Assembly (NCBI GenBank): GCA_963706575.1
Contig: CAVPNL010000003.1
Coordinates: forward strand, 64,001-128,000
Source of the DNA: an uncultured delta proteobacterium
Lineage (GTDB): Bacteria; Desulfobacterota; Desulfobacteria; Desulfobacterales; JAHEIW01
Reading direction: 5' to 3'
Length of the DNA stretch: 64,000 bases
A program made the position numbers and the translations under genes. The notes under the pieces are model-generated. The model searched no databases, had not been told where the DNA came from, and worked only from the letters and a program-made list of their open reading frames with translations. Within the stretch, counting starts at the first letter, position 1. Each line of letters begins with the position of its first letter. Positions 48,436 through 58,481 of this stretch are shown here, one piece after another.

Positions 48436-49122
48436 ATGAACATAGTGAAATGTGTCGATGTCACCAAGAGTTATCAGCAGGGTCAGGTAACGGTTCAGGC
48501 ATTAAAGGATATCAGCTTGCAAATCGAGAAAGGGGAATTTTTAGCCGTGGCCGGGCCCTCCGGATCCGGCAAGACGACCCTCTTGAATATGATCGGCGGT
48601 CTGGATCTGCTGGATTCGGGCAGTATTTTTGTGGACGGCGAGGCCTTTGAAAGCATGTCCCAATCCCAGCTGGCCAATTTAAGGCTGCATAAAATCGGAT
48701 TTGTCTTCCAAGCCTATAACCTGATCCCGGTGCTTTCGGCCATCGAAAACGTTGAATATGTGATGTTGCTGCAAGGACTGCCTTCCCAGGAACGCAGAGC
48801 AAAGTCCAGGGCCATACTCGACGAAGTTGGGCTTGAAGGAAAATACCATCGCCGGCCGGCGGAACTGTCCGGTGGGCAGCAGCAACGTGTCGCCGTTGCC
48901 AGGGCCATTGTCTCCAATCCGGCGATTGTTCTGGCGGATGAGCCCACCGCCAACCTGGACTCAAAAACCGGTCAGGGATTGCTGGAAATGATGAAACAGA
49001 TGAATGCCGAAAAACAGATTACCTTTATTTTTTCAACCCATGACCGCATGGTCATGGAATATGCGCGGCGGCTGGTAAAATTAAGGGATGGTCGCCTGGT
49101 GGATGATCAGGCTAAATGTTAA
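48436..49122 (+). CDS. ABC ATP-binding protein, LolD-like
   Basis: GPSGSGKTT, LSGGQQQRVA, LADEPTANLD, STHD. Confidence 0.93.
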   Translation: MNIVKCVDVTKSYQQGQVTVQALKDISLQIEKGEFLAVAGPSGSGKTTLLNMIGGLDLLDSGSIFVDGEAFESMSQSQLANLRLHKIGFVFQAYNLIPVLSAIENVEYVMLLQGLPSQERRAKSRAILDEVGLEGKYHRRPAELSGGQQQRVAVARAIVSNPAIVLADEPTANLDSKTGQGLLEMMKQMNAEKQITFIFSTHDRMVMEYARRLVKLRDGRLVDDQAKC

Positions 49123-49207
49123 TTTTAGCCGCAGACTCACCCAGACAGCCGCAAATATTTTAGCCGATTGAACTGCTCGGCCAAAAATAGTTGATCGCTC
49201 CAACGCT

Positions 49208-49269
49208 TCGTGGCTGGAAGCCACTCCCACATTCGCATTGTAAACAGTGGGAGCGGCATCTTGCCGCGA
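49208..49269. repeat. REP doublet (GTGGGAGCGGC-type)
   Basis: TCGTGGCTGGAAGCCACTCCCAC ... GTGGGAGCGGCATCTTGCCGCGA in inverted orientation. Confidence 0.6.
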
Positions 49270-49284
49270 CAGGCATGTAATTAT

Positions 49285-50670
49285 ATGAAGCCATCCTGTT
49301 TAATAAGAACTGTAGCCTTTATCTATATAGCTTTATTCGTAATTGTTGGATTCGATAGCTTGAATAGCAACACCTACCCTGTCGAAAAGCCGATTTCGCA
49401 TGATCCGGCATCTTCTCCGAGATCATGGATAGATCAAATCGATATGCACTGGGGAGGGCGCTTAAAGGCGATAGGCTCTGCCACGTTTGCCAGGGATGAC
49501 ACCATCTTTGAACCCGTCGATACCGGGACCTATTTGAATCTGGATACCGATCTGAGGATAAATAATGACACCTTCTTGGGGGATTGGGGCCACCTTGAAA
49601 CCCAGTATGAAGCCATCCTGGTAGGCGGTAAAGCTCGAGAAAAGAGCCAGGATTTAAGAAAAATATTCCCCAATTTTGAAGGCAGTACCGTGTTTTTGGG
49701 GGCATCGTTAAAGGACGATCGCCGTTTGCTGGATTTAACCCACACCATCAAAGAAGAAAACAGCTATATTCTGGCTCAGCGCCTGGACCGATTGAACTTT
49801 ACGTTCAAGCCCGGCTGGGGATCGGTTCGCATCGGACGCCAGGCTATTACCTGGGGAAATGGCCTGATATTTAATCCCATGGATTTATTTAATCCCTTTC
49901 CGCCGGCCGATATCCAACGCGATTACAAAGTTGGCGACGATATGGCGCTGGCCCAAATTGCGCTTCCCTATTCCGCCGATCTCCAGTTATTATATGTGTT
50001 CAGACGTGATCCGGATACAAATAATTTAGAAGCTGACCGGAATTCCCTGGCTGGTCTGCTTCATTTTGCCTCAGGAACCACCGAGTTTGATATAATGGCC
50101 ACCCGGCATTTTGATGATTATGTGGTCGGTTTAGGCAGCTCCGGCATCTGGGGAGGAGCGGCCTGGCGGCTGGATGCCACCGCCACTTTTCTGGACGATG
50201 GTCAAGGCAAAAACACCCAAAACTATCTATCGGGTGTCGCCAATATCGATTATTCCTGGATCTGGTGGGAAAAAAATTTTTACGGGCTGTTGGAATATTA
50301 TTACAACGGCCTGGGGGAGAGTGATTATCCCGGTGCTTTATCCAACCCCGATATTGCCAATCGATTGGCCCGCGGAGAATTATTTGTCCTCGGCAAACAC
50401 TATTTGAGCGCTGAAATCCAGATGGAACTGCACCCGCTGTTTAAGATATTTTTTGGCAGCATCAACAATATGCATGATCCTTCCGGAATCTTGCAGCCCC
50501 GGGCGGTCTGGAATGTGACCCAGAACCTGGAAATGAAAATCGGCGCCAATATTTTTTACGGCGACAACGGCAATCCGGGCTCTGAATTCGGTGGCTTTAT
50601 CATCCCGGAAACCAATATCCACAGCCGCAGTCCGGATAATGCCTATCTTTGGTTTAACTATTACTTCTAA
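49285..50670 (+). CDS. Putative outer-membrane beta-barrel protein
   Basis: Signal-like N-terminus from ATG 49285; LDRL...GRQAITWGNG..FNPMDLFNPF; C-terminal YYF. Confidence 0.7.
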   Translation: MKPSCLIRTVAFIYIALFVIVGFDSLNSNTYPVEKPISHDPASSPRSWIDQIDMHWGGRLKAIGSATFARDDTIFEPVDTGTYLNLDTDLRINNDTFLGDWGHLETQYEAILVGGKAREKSQDLRKIFPNFEGSTVFLGASLKDDRRLLDLTHTIKEENSYILAQRLDRLNFTFKPGWGSVRIGRQAITWGNGLIFNPMDLFNPFPPADIQRDYKVGDDMALAQIALPYSADLQLLYVFRRDPDTNNLEADRNSLAGLLHFASGTTEFDIMATRHFDDYVVGLGSSGIWGGAAWRLDATATFLDDGQGKNTQNYLSGVANIDYSWIWWEKNFYGLLEYYYNGLGESDYPGALSNPDIANRLARGELFVLGKHYLSAEIQMELHPLFKIFFGSINNMHDPSGILQPRAVWNVTQNLEMKIGANIFYGDNGNPGSEFGGFIIPETNIHSRSPDNAYLWFNYYF

Positions 50671-50973
50671 TTTTTCTGAAACAAATTCAGGAAAATTCAT
50701 CTGAACAGTAGGCAATCTCTGGCAACAAACCGACTCGGCGTGCCTTTTTAATCCTTCCAGACCGCTTCTTCACCCATTTCCTAAACGTCGATAATTATGA
50801 TATAATTTTAAGATATATCTAATTGTATTAACCAGCGCTTTGCCGTTAAGACATTTTACAGAAATAAATATTAAATTACCTTAGTACTGTTTCTGCATTC
50901 CATAGCGCATGCCCATGCCATCTACACCGAGCCGTTTGACGCTCGATCGGCGTAATAGCTTAATAAGCTGATA

Positions 50974-52104
50974 ATGTTTATGAAAGAACTGACGATAATT
51001 GGATCTTTAATCACCGACCAGGAGTACAGCCACAACAAGATTATCCTGGAAGCACTTAAAAATTGTGAATGGGGCATTAAAGACTGCTCGATCCGATCAA
51101 TAAAAATATCCCCGAAGTTGCCGTTTTTTCTTCGGCTCCTGGGGATAATAGCCATAATTCCACTACAATGGATCCTCATTTTCTATAAGTATATACTGAA
51201 TCATCCAACACAAGTTTTATTCATACCTTATCCTGCGCATGCGTATGCGCCACTGGTTTGGTTCCTTTCGCGTTTTAGCGATAAGATAATCATAATCGAT
51301 GCATTCTTTGGCCTTTACGATACCATCGTAAATGACAGAGGCCTGGTAAAACGCGGCGGTTTTATTGCTCGAACGATATACCGATATGAAAAATGGCTGT
51401 TTCGCAACGTGGATATTGCGTTACTTGACACACCTGTGCATAGCAAGAGAGTCCGGCACGATATGGGGATTACGACAACACGTATTACGCATGTCCCCGT
51501 GGGCATCGATGAGTCCATCTGGTATCCGGCCACTCCCAATCAAAATGAGGCTGAATTCAATGTGCTTTTCTGGAGCACGTTTATTCCGCTACATGGAGTT
51601 GAGGTAATCGCATACGCCGCCAAGCTGATTGAAGCATATGACAGGAAAATCGAATTCACTGTTATCGGCACGGGACAGCTCGCCCCGATGTTTAAAAAAC
51701 TGCTTAATGAACTCCAGCCGTCAAATCTTCGATGGATCCATCAATTCATTTCCATGGCGGAGATAAGAAAGCATGTCGAAGCATCCCACTGCTGTCTGGG
51801 AATTTTCGGAAAAAGCGCAAAAGCCGATTCAGTTATTCCATATAAAGTCCACCAAACCTTGGCTTCGGGCAAACCTCTTATAACGGCGGCCACCAGGGCC
51901 AGCACCTATTATTTAAAGAACGGAAAACATTCGATCCTGATCCCACCGGGAAATCCCCGGGCGCTTGCCGAAGCAATTCGAAATCTTAAAAACGATCCGG
52001 CATTGGCAATGCGCATCGGCCGCAACGGCCGGCTTCTTTATGAGAAACGATTTTCCAATCAGGTGATTGTCGATAAACTGCAAAATCTACTGGATACCCT
52101 TTAG
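50974..52104 (+). CDS. GT4 family glycosyltransferase
   Basis: PLHGVEVI, IGTG, PYKVHQTLASGKPLI, PGNPRALAEAI. Confidence 0.85.
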   Translation: MFMKELTIIGSLITDQEYSHNKIILEALKNCEWGIKDCSIRSIKISPKLPFFLRLLGIIAIIPLQWILIFYKYILNHPTQVLFIPYPAHAYAPLVWFLSRFSDKIIIIDAFFGLYDTIVNDRGLVKRGGFIARTIYRYEKWLFRNVDIALLDTPVHSKRVRHDMGITTTRITHVPVGIDESIWYPATPNQNEAEFNVLFWSTFIPLHGVEVIAYAAKLIEAYDRKIEFTVIGTGQLAPMFKKLLNELQPSNLRWIHQFISMAEIRKHVEASHCCLGIFGKSAKADSVIPYKVHQTLASGKPLITAATRASTYYLKNGKHSILIPPGNPRALAEAIRNLKNDPALAMRIGRNGRLLYEKRFSNQVIVDKLQNLLDTL

Positions 52105-52170
52105 ATAATTCACAGCTGTTATCTAGGGTACTAACGGACCATACGTATTTCAATCAATACAAGAGGAAAA

Positions 52171-53430
52171 ATGACTGCCGCCGGGCCGCATATATTGATT
52201 ATCAATCAGCACGGTGAAAACCGCGGGGATGAATCTGCTATGCGTGCTATGATCCGATCGCTTTATCAGCGCATACCAACAGCATCTTTTACGGTTGTCG
52301 CTCAACTGAGAGACCGGCATCTAAAGATTCCCTTTAAGAATGTTGAGGTTGAAGTACACAATATGCTAATGAGTGGGGGCGAGTTGTTACGGCTCGCATT
52401 TTATGCTGTATTAAAATTTTTCCGACTTGATATGGAATTTATATTAGGCCAGGAAGGAAAATCAATTGTCCAGGCTTACCGTGAGTCTCAAATCGTCATC
52501 TCTGCCCCCGGCGGCCCCTACTTCGGTGATATCTATTGGCACCATGAAGCTTTGCACTGGCTCTTTGTGTGGCTGGGGCACCTTCATAAAAAGAGAATAC
52601 TGCTCTATTCTCCTTCGGTAGGACCATTCCATATCGGCATTTTGAGAGTAATTCGTCGTTATTTGTTTAAATTTTTTGCAGTGCTTTGTGTGCGGGAGAA
52701 GATCTCGAAATCACATTTGAATGAATTACTTGGAAATCGTCAGGTGCATGTGACAGCCGATTCAGCATTCCAGGAATCCATTGCCCCGGATGATCGAAGC
52801 AATTTCTTGAGCAGCCGCAACCTCGCGGAAGTGGACCCTTTTCTGGTAGCCGTTTCAGTCATCGATTATAAATTTCCCGGGGACTCTGATCCGGATATCA
52901 AACGTGAAGCGTATCGAAAAACGTTGCTTGCCGCTTTAAACCGGATTGCAGCCAAGCGATCAGCTTATTTCATCTTTTTGCCCCAGCTTTACGGCCGGTA
53001 TCACTCGGATCGCAGCTATCTCGAAACGATCGCAAAAAGCCTTCCAGATAATACCGGTTTTGAGATTATAAAATCGGATGTTGATTCAGATGGACAACGG
53101 GCAATCATCGGCATGTGTGACTTTTGTATCGCCAGCCGCTATCACCCCCAAATATTTGCCCTGTCTTCCCGGGTTCCCGGAATCTGTTTTTACTATGAGC
53201 ATAAGACGCTCGGGATTATGAATATGTTCGGCTTAGAGCGCTTTGCCTTTGACATACGCCGATGTGACCCGGATACCACCAGTAGCGCTATTGATGAAAT
53301 CCTGACGGATCCAGCAAAAGTGACGACGGCCATTGAACACGTGCTTCCGGAGGTTCAACAGAGAGCCGGAATCAGCACTGATCTGGTAATCGCAAATATG
53401 GATTCTGAATGCAATAGAGGAAAAAAGTGA
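52171..53430 (+). CDS. Polysaccharide pyruvyl transferase family (WcaK-like)
   Basis: NRGDES, PGG, SVGP, VRE..S, TADSAF, SRYH, YEHK. Confidence 0.85.
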   Translation: MTAAGPHILIINQHGENRGDESAMRAMIRSLYQRIPTASFTVVAQLRDRHLKIPFKNVEVEVHNMLMSGGELLRLAFYAVLKFFRLDMEFILGQEGKSIVQAYRESQIVISAPGGPYFGDIYWHHEALHWLFVWLGHLHKKRILLYSPSVGPFHIGILRVIRRYLFKFFAVLCVREKISKSHLNELLGNRQVHVTADSAFQESIAPDDRSNFLSSRNLAEVDPFLVAVSVIDYKFPGDSDPDIKREAYRKTLLAALNRIAAKRSAYFIFLPQLYGRYHSDRSYLETIAKSLPDNTGFEIIKSDVDSDGQRAIIGMCDFCIASRYHPQIFALSSRVPGICFYYEHKTLGIMNMFGLERFAFDIRRCDPDTTSSAIDEILTDPAKVTTAIEHVLPEVQQRAGISTDLVIANMDSECNRGKK

Positions 53431-53433
53431 TAA

Positions 53434-55296
53434 ATGTCTGTTCTTTTCATCGATACGTTTGATGCCAAGCGAGTTTCTGAGTTTGGCGCTGGTGAACCTT
53501 CTTGGCCACCTTATTTTCCAAAGACGCTATTCAAGTTTACCTCCAATATTAATGGCCGATATATCAAATGTTTTTTAATCGGAAGACCATCCGAATCCTA
53601 TTTCAATTGGGAGACCGAAACGCACCTTGTTTTGACGGATACAATCTCCGATTCGTCTTGCCGGCGACTCAAAACGATTTTTGACACCGGTCTGCCGAGT
53701 GAAGACCAAGCTGTATTGTACGCCATCATTGAGGCATTATATCAAAGCGAGTCTTACCTTGCCCTTGTGTTGAATAAAAGCACGGGCGCCCTACATTTTA
53801 TTAACCCGCCGGGTGGTTACCAAAATGTATTCTATGTAAATGCAAAAAACCGCTGGTTAATTTCATCGCGGATCGCTTTATTGCCGCTTGTCAGGGAATT
53901 TCGGCTGAAACCAAACCTGAACATGCAGCGCTTCTTTCTCGCGTACCAATTTTATTCTGATGCCCAAACTCAATATGAGGGTGTGAAATGTCTTCCGGAG
54001 GGCTATACGATTCGGTTTGATACCAACGCAACCATTGAACAAATTGACTATTCACCCAAGCCGTTCGAATTAAGCCAGGATTTATCTATAGAAGAACTCA
54101 TCGAAAGATTATATAAGTCATTCATGCAGGTGCTTGAATTGCAAGCAGCCGGTATGAACCCCGTTGGCGTTATGCTCGGTGGTTTCGATTCAGCCTTGAT
54201 CGCATCAGGCCTGTCCAGGCTTGGTAAAAGAGTTGAAACCTACAGCTTCAGCTACCGTGATCCCCGTTTCAACCAGCGACATATCGAAAGCATCGCAACC
54301 CTGCCGAAAGTCCATCATCACTGGCACCTAATCACACCGGAGCTTATGCGCGATGGTCTCGGGAAATTCCCGTTTTTTTTCAATACGCCGGTCAGCCAAC
54401 CCCACTATTTAATTAGCACCCGTGCAATGGCCGAGCGGATGTTTTCCGAGGGATTAAAACTTTGCTTTACCGGTGATGGATGCGACGGAATCTTTTTTGG
54501 GTATCCGAGCGTTCTCAGAAGAGCCCGATTAATTGAAAAACTGGATCGCCTCCCCTCACCCTTAATCCGCGTTTTAGAGGCGCTTTCCCGATCGAAATAC
54601 ATTGAGCGCAAATTGGGACAGCCTTACCGTATTTTCCGTCACATGCTAAGCCTTCTGCGAAGAGAGAAATCCTATCGGTCCTACATTACCGCCTGCATTG
54701 CTGACAAATATACGCTAGAATTTTTGACAGGCGGACAGCAGCTGAAGGGACTTGATCAAACAGATGAAATCATCGTTGATCTCACGGATAAGGCCTACAA
54801 CGAAAATTATCAAAAAATGGCCTATGCCGGGAAAAATCTGGTCGGATTGAATAAGAACAAGTTGGCCGGCAGCGCGGAGAGCACAGGCCTTATTATCCAG
54901 TCTCCTTACCTGCATGGCCAAATAAAAATGTTCAGCCAGTCTCTTCCGGATACATTCTGGCTCAGAAAGACAAATCAGGGGATTACCGGAAAATTTCTAC
55001 TTGCCAAGATGGCTGAAGCAAAAAAATTACTCCCCACAGTGGTAATTTACCAACCCAAAATGTCGCCGGTCTTCTCCCCGGTAGATGATTGGTATGTGTC
55101 GACTCTGCGTGCGGAAGTCCTAAATCAACTGAAAAGCCTTCCGTTTCCGATTGACCCTTGCTTCGTCAATGATCTCCTGCGCCCCAAACTTCCTGAAAGG
55201 ATCTACAAACGGTTAATTACAATCGACAATCTCTGCAGTCAACTCATCGGACTGCTTGTGACATATGCCCTGTTTTATTCCATTCTAAAAAAATGA
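53434..55296 (+). CDS. Asparagine synthase (AsnB)-like ATP pyrophosphatase
   Basis: MLGGFDSALI PP-loop, TGDGCDGIFFGY, SPYL, KFLL...PK; no N-terminal Cys. Confidence 0.78.
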   Translation: MSVLFIDTFDAKRVSEFGAGEPSWPPYFPKTLFKFTSNINGRYIKCFLIGRPSESYFNWETETHLVLTDTISDSSCRRLKTIFDTGLPSEDQAVLYAIIEALYQSESYLALVLNKSTGALHFINPPGGYQNVFYVNAKNRWLISSRIALLPLVREFRLKPNLNMQRFFLAYQFYSDAQTQYEGVKCLPEGYTIRFDTNATIEQIDYSPKPFELSQDLSIEELIERLYKSFMQVLELQAAGMNPVGVMLGGFDSALIASGLSRLGKRVETYSFSYRDPRFNQRHIESIATLPKVHHHWHLITPELMRDGLGKFPFFFNTPVSQPHYLISTRAMAERMFSEGLKLCFTGDGCDGIFFGYPSVLRRARLIEKLDRLPSPLIRVLEALSRSKYIERKLGQPYRIFRHMLSLLRREKSYRSYITACIADKYTLEFLTGGQQLKGLDQTDEIIVDLTDKAYNENYQKMAYAGKNLVGLNKNKLAGSAESTGLIIQSPYLHGQIKMFSQSLPDTFWLRKTNQGITGKFLLAKMAEAKKLLPTVVIYQPKMSPVFSPVDDWYVSTLRAEVLNQLKSLPFPIDPCFVNDLLRPKLPERIYKRLITIDNLCSQLIGLLVTYALFYSILKK

Positions 55297-55319
55297 TCTT
55301 TGATAGGGCTGCGATCTGT

Positions 55320-56180
55320 TCATGCATTCTCGATTTTCCTTTTCCGCAGCCGGTTTAGCGTCCTCTCGACATATCGAATAATCGGTCTTGGAAGTACACG
55401 TCTATATAACTGCCGCGCGAGCAGTAATGGCACGTGTTTACTATAGTGCCACAGTAATACTGCGCGGCGGCTTTCGGTGTGATCGAAAAGGTAATTTGCG
55501 GTCAAATGATTGGAAGTCTTTGAAATTTTTAACTGTTTTGAAAAAAGAAATCCCAGCAAATCCATGGGCGTCTTTCCTCTTTCCCGATCACCCCATGAAT
55601 GAATCCCGACGATAAACTTCGTATGAACATCCACTAAAAACTTCGCAGCCCCTTTCAGCACACGATATTCGGCACCTTCAACGTCTATCTTCACAACCGC
55701 CTTTCGTTTGGAGTCGTAAAAATCGTCCAGCATGACCTGCGGCACCTCGACGACATTGTAATCATCAGCGCGTTCCGAAATGGCGAACACGCCACCACTG
55801 ATATGGGTTCCCGTCTTAAAAAACTTAGCCGATTCTCTTGAATCTCCGGCAATCGCATGGACCGCTTTGATCGTATTACGGCCTTCCTTTTCCCATTTAA
55901 AGCAATTTCGCCGGAGTTCAGCAAAGCGGTCGGGATCCGCTTCGATCGCATAAATGCGCGCATCTGATAATATTTTATTGGCGAAGTAAGTGTACATCCC
56001 GAGCGAAGCACCAACATCAACAAAGAGATTACATTCCGCTAACATTTCCGGAAGACGTTCAATCTCTTCTTTCTCGATTTGTTGTTCTCCAAAGTAAGTT
56101 TTATACAGATATTCTAAACTGGCGCTGAGTTTTTCCGATCTCTCTTCATCAGTCATCATTCTTCGACATTCTTTCGCCAT
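55320..56180 (-). CDS. FkbM family methyltransferase
   Basis: FVDVGASLGMYT, KIDVEGAEY.VLKG. Confidence 0.88.
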   Translation of the reverse strand: MAKECRRMMTDEERSEKLSASLEYLYKTYFGEQQIEKEEIERLPEMLAECNLFVDVGASLGMYTYFANKILSDARIYAIEADPDRFAELRRNCFKWEKEGRNTIKAVHAIAGDSRESAKFFKTGTHISGGVFAISERADDYNVVEVPQVMLDDFYDSKRKAVVKIDVEGAEYRVLKGAAKFLVDVHTKFIVGIHSWGDRERGKTPMDLLGFLFSKQLKISKTSNHLTANYLFDHTESRRAVLLWHYSKHVPLLLARQLYRRVLPRPIIRYVERTLNRLRKRKIENA

Positions 56181-56231
56181 GAAATTGTTTGGAAATAAAA
56201 TAAAGAAATTTGAACCGGGATTAAGCCGAGG

Positions 56232-57224
56232 TCATATACCTTTGTCTTGCATGTCAGATGCAGGCCTTATTTGTGATTTGATTTGATTTGTGTTGGCTGC
56301 AAAATAAAGCACAACGTACGATATCGCCCCAAATATGAAGGTCGCGACAATTAGAACACCGCGATCTACGGTGGCCATGAAAATGCCGCTTTCGAAACCA
56401 TACCCGGTTAACCTGCTGACGATTCCCAGGAGTGTCTCCCTGAAGCCAATTCCACCGGGCGTTAAGACGAGCAAGGAAGTAGAAATCGCTATTGGTGCCA
56501 TTAAAAACAGAACGATAATAGGAACGCGCTCATTTAAAAGCATAGAGCTTACAAAAAACCTAAAGGTAAAGATGATTATCTGCAGTAAGATAAACAGGGA
56601 TGTTTTAAACATCAGCGCCCTGTTATCTGAGAACATCCCAAGGCTGCTGTTAAATAGTTCAAATTTTTTCGACAACCTGTTTTGCGGCTGCCGATTGAAA
56701 AGATATGTTTTCTGGAACCAGTAGCCCCCAAGAGGTAGCCCGATGAACCCGATCATCAACAGGCAAAAGCCAATATTGAAACGCTGGTAGGTAAAATAGA
56801 TGTATCCGACACAGACGATTCCGATTATCCCCGTTAAAACAATCAGAAGCAAGAATCTGAAAACGATTATGCTGCCGAATTGTTGGTAGTTGACATTGAA
56901 ATTCTTTTTAAGATAATGCATCCGGTACAGTGTTCCCAATCTAAACGGAAGATGGTTGCCCAGAACGGATGCACAGATAAGCAATACATTTTTAAATAGT
57001 CCGATTCTCACACCTTGATAATCAAGTAAAAGCTTTGCTTGGAAAGCATTTGCAAGCCAGGTAAGAATAATCAGAATCGTCAATATCAACAAATAGCGTA
57101 TTCTAATATTCAATAAATTACGGAAGACATCCCATTTGACGATAATAAAATAGACATAAAAGCTTAAAATAGATAGGTTTAAAAAGATTGATATCGCTTT
57201 TCGCATGTTCAGTTTAGAATTCAA
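56232..57224 (-). CDS. Flippase-like (lysylphosphatidylglycerol synthase TM) membrane protein
   Basis: NHLPFRLG, TPGGIGFRE, DR; multiple TM segments; start may be the internal ATG (MRKAIS). Confidence 0.8.
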   Translation of the reverse strand: MNSKLNMRKAISIFLNLSILSFYVYFIIVKWDVFRNLLNIRIRYLLILTILIILTWLANAFQAKLLLDYQGVRIGLFKNVLLICASVLGNHLPFRLGTLYRMHYLKKNFNVNYQQFGSIIVFRFLLLIVLTGIIGIVCVGYIYFTYQRFNIGFCLLMIGFIGLPLGGYWFQKTYLFNRQPQNRLSKKFELFNSSLGMFSDNRALMFKTSLFILLQIIIFTFRFFVSSMLLNERVPIIVLFLMAPIAISTSLLVLTPGGIGFRETLLGIVSRLTGYGFESGIFMATVDRGVLIVATFIFGAISYVVLYFAANTNQIKSQIRPASDMQDKGI

Positions 57225-57356
57225 TGTTTAATTAATCCACGTTCAAATCGAAAGGATCCATCCGGTCGTTATGAATTCATTATAGCCGACTATGGTGCTA
57301 AGTTTCTTAATTTTACTTTTGGATTTGCTTTTCTAATAGGTGGCATCAAAAGCAGT

Positions 57357-58256
57357 TTAATTATCCTGAGGATCCGATTGTCCTCTCGCTCGTGGAAAGC
57401 TGCGCCTCTCAAATCTCATCTGGCATATCTGCTCGGATATGAGACTCATCATAAAAATGATGATCGAAGTCACATATAGTAAAGCGCTCATATTCGTAAA
57501 ACGACCCTCCGTAATGAACGAATAGGCATACCGAATCGTACCCAGCAAGAACATGACAAAACTTACCGGCAGAAAAACCCGCATCGGTGAGTACAGCGTA
57601 CAGATTCGAATAATAATCATAAAAAAACGGACACCATCATGAAGTAATCTAATATTGCTGGAACCCTTGCGTCGGCGTTGAGTGGTGATCGGAATATATT
57701 TTATACTTCTTCCAGATCTTAAAACACCAAGCGTAATGGTAGTCGGATAGGAATACGTATTGGGAAGCAAATAAAGAAAACTGCGCGCGATTTCGGCTTT
57801 GACAGCCCGAAAGCCGGATGTCAGGTCTTCGATAGGGAACTTCGACACATAGGAACCGAGCCAGTTATAAATTTTATTGCCGATACCTCGGCCAACCGAC
57901 GCTTGACTCCCTTTGCCCCGAGCCCCGACGATCATGTCGAACTCTGGCAAATGGTTCAACATTTTCTCAATATCTTCCGGATCATGCTGGCCGTCACCGT
58001 CCATAAAAACAAAAATGTCACCGCTCGCGACGCGGATGCCGCTTTTAATTGCGGCGCCGTTGCCGATGTTGTATGGGTGGCTGTAAACTCGCGCACCGGA
58101 ATCCGCTGCAACTTCCGCGGTGTTGTCTTCCGACCCATCATCGATCACAACAATTTCAAAATCCGGATACCGCTGCTGAACTGTTTGAACCAGATCCCCA
58201 ATGGTCTGGGACTCATTGAACGCCGGAATCACAACTGAAACTTTTGCTTCTATCAT
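57357..58256 (-). CDS. GT2 glycosyltransferase (polyprenol-phosphate sugar synthase-like) with two C-terminal TMs
   Basis: VIPAFNE, DDGSED, NIGNGAA, DGDGQH, DLTSGFRA. Confidence 0.9.
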   Translation of the reverse strand: MIEAKVSVVIPAFNESQTIGDLVQTVQQRYPDFEIVVIDDGSEDNTAEVAADSGARVYSHPYNIGNGAAIKSGIRVASGDIFVFMDGDGQHDPEDIEKMLNHLPEFDMIVGARGKGSQASVGRGIGNKIYNWLGSYVSKFPIEDLTSGFRAVKAEIARSFLYLLPNTYSYPTTITLGVLRSGRSIKYIPITTQRRRKGSSNIRLLHDGVRFFMIIIRICTLYSPMRVFLPVSFVMFLLGTIRYAYSFITEGRFTNMSALLYVTSIIIFMMSLISEQICQMRFERRSFPRARGQSDPQDN

Positions 58257-58481
58257 ATCTTATGAGATGTATTTTGATTGTGCTGTGCTGGTAGCCATAG
58301 GGAAAAAATGGTCCTATCCAGCAATCGATGGTGTTCGGATGTGCTTAATTATATTCCGAATCCAATTAATTTACAAGCGCAGTTCGCTATCCCTAAGTCA
58401 TATTATTTTTGGACAAGATATTCGATTCTTCCGTTAGGCCGTATAATGAATCGCCGGTAGTGATTTCAGTCGTTTTTGCCT

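Noticed and set aside
49210..49284. N-terminal extension of the barrel protein in the ORF track
   Set aside because: It lies in a REP doublet; ATG 49285 gives a signal-peptide-like start
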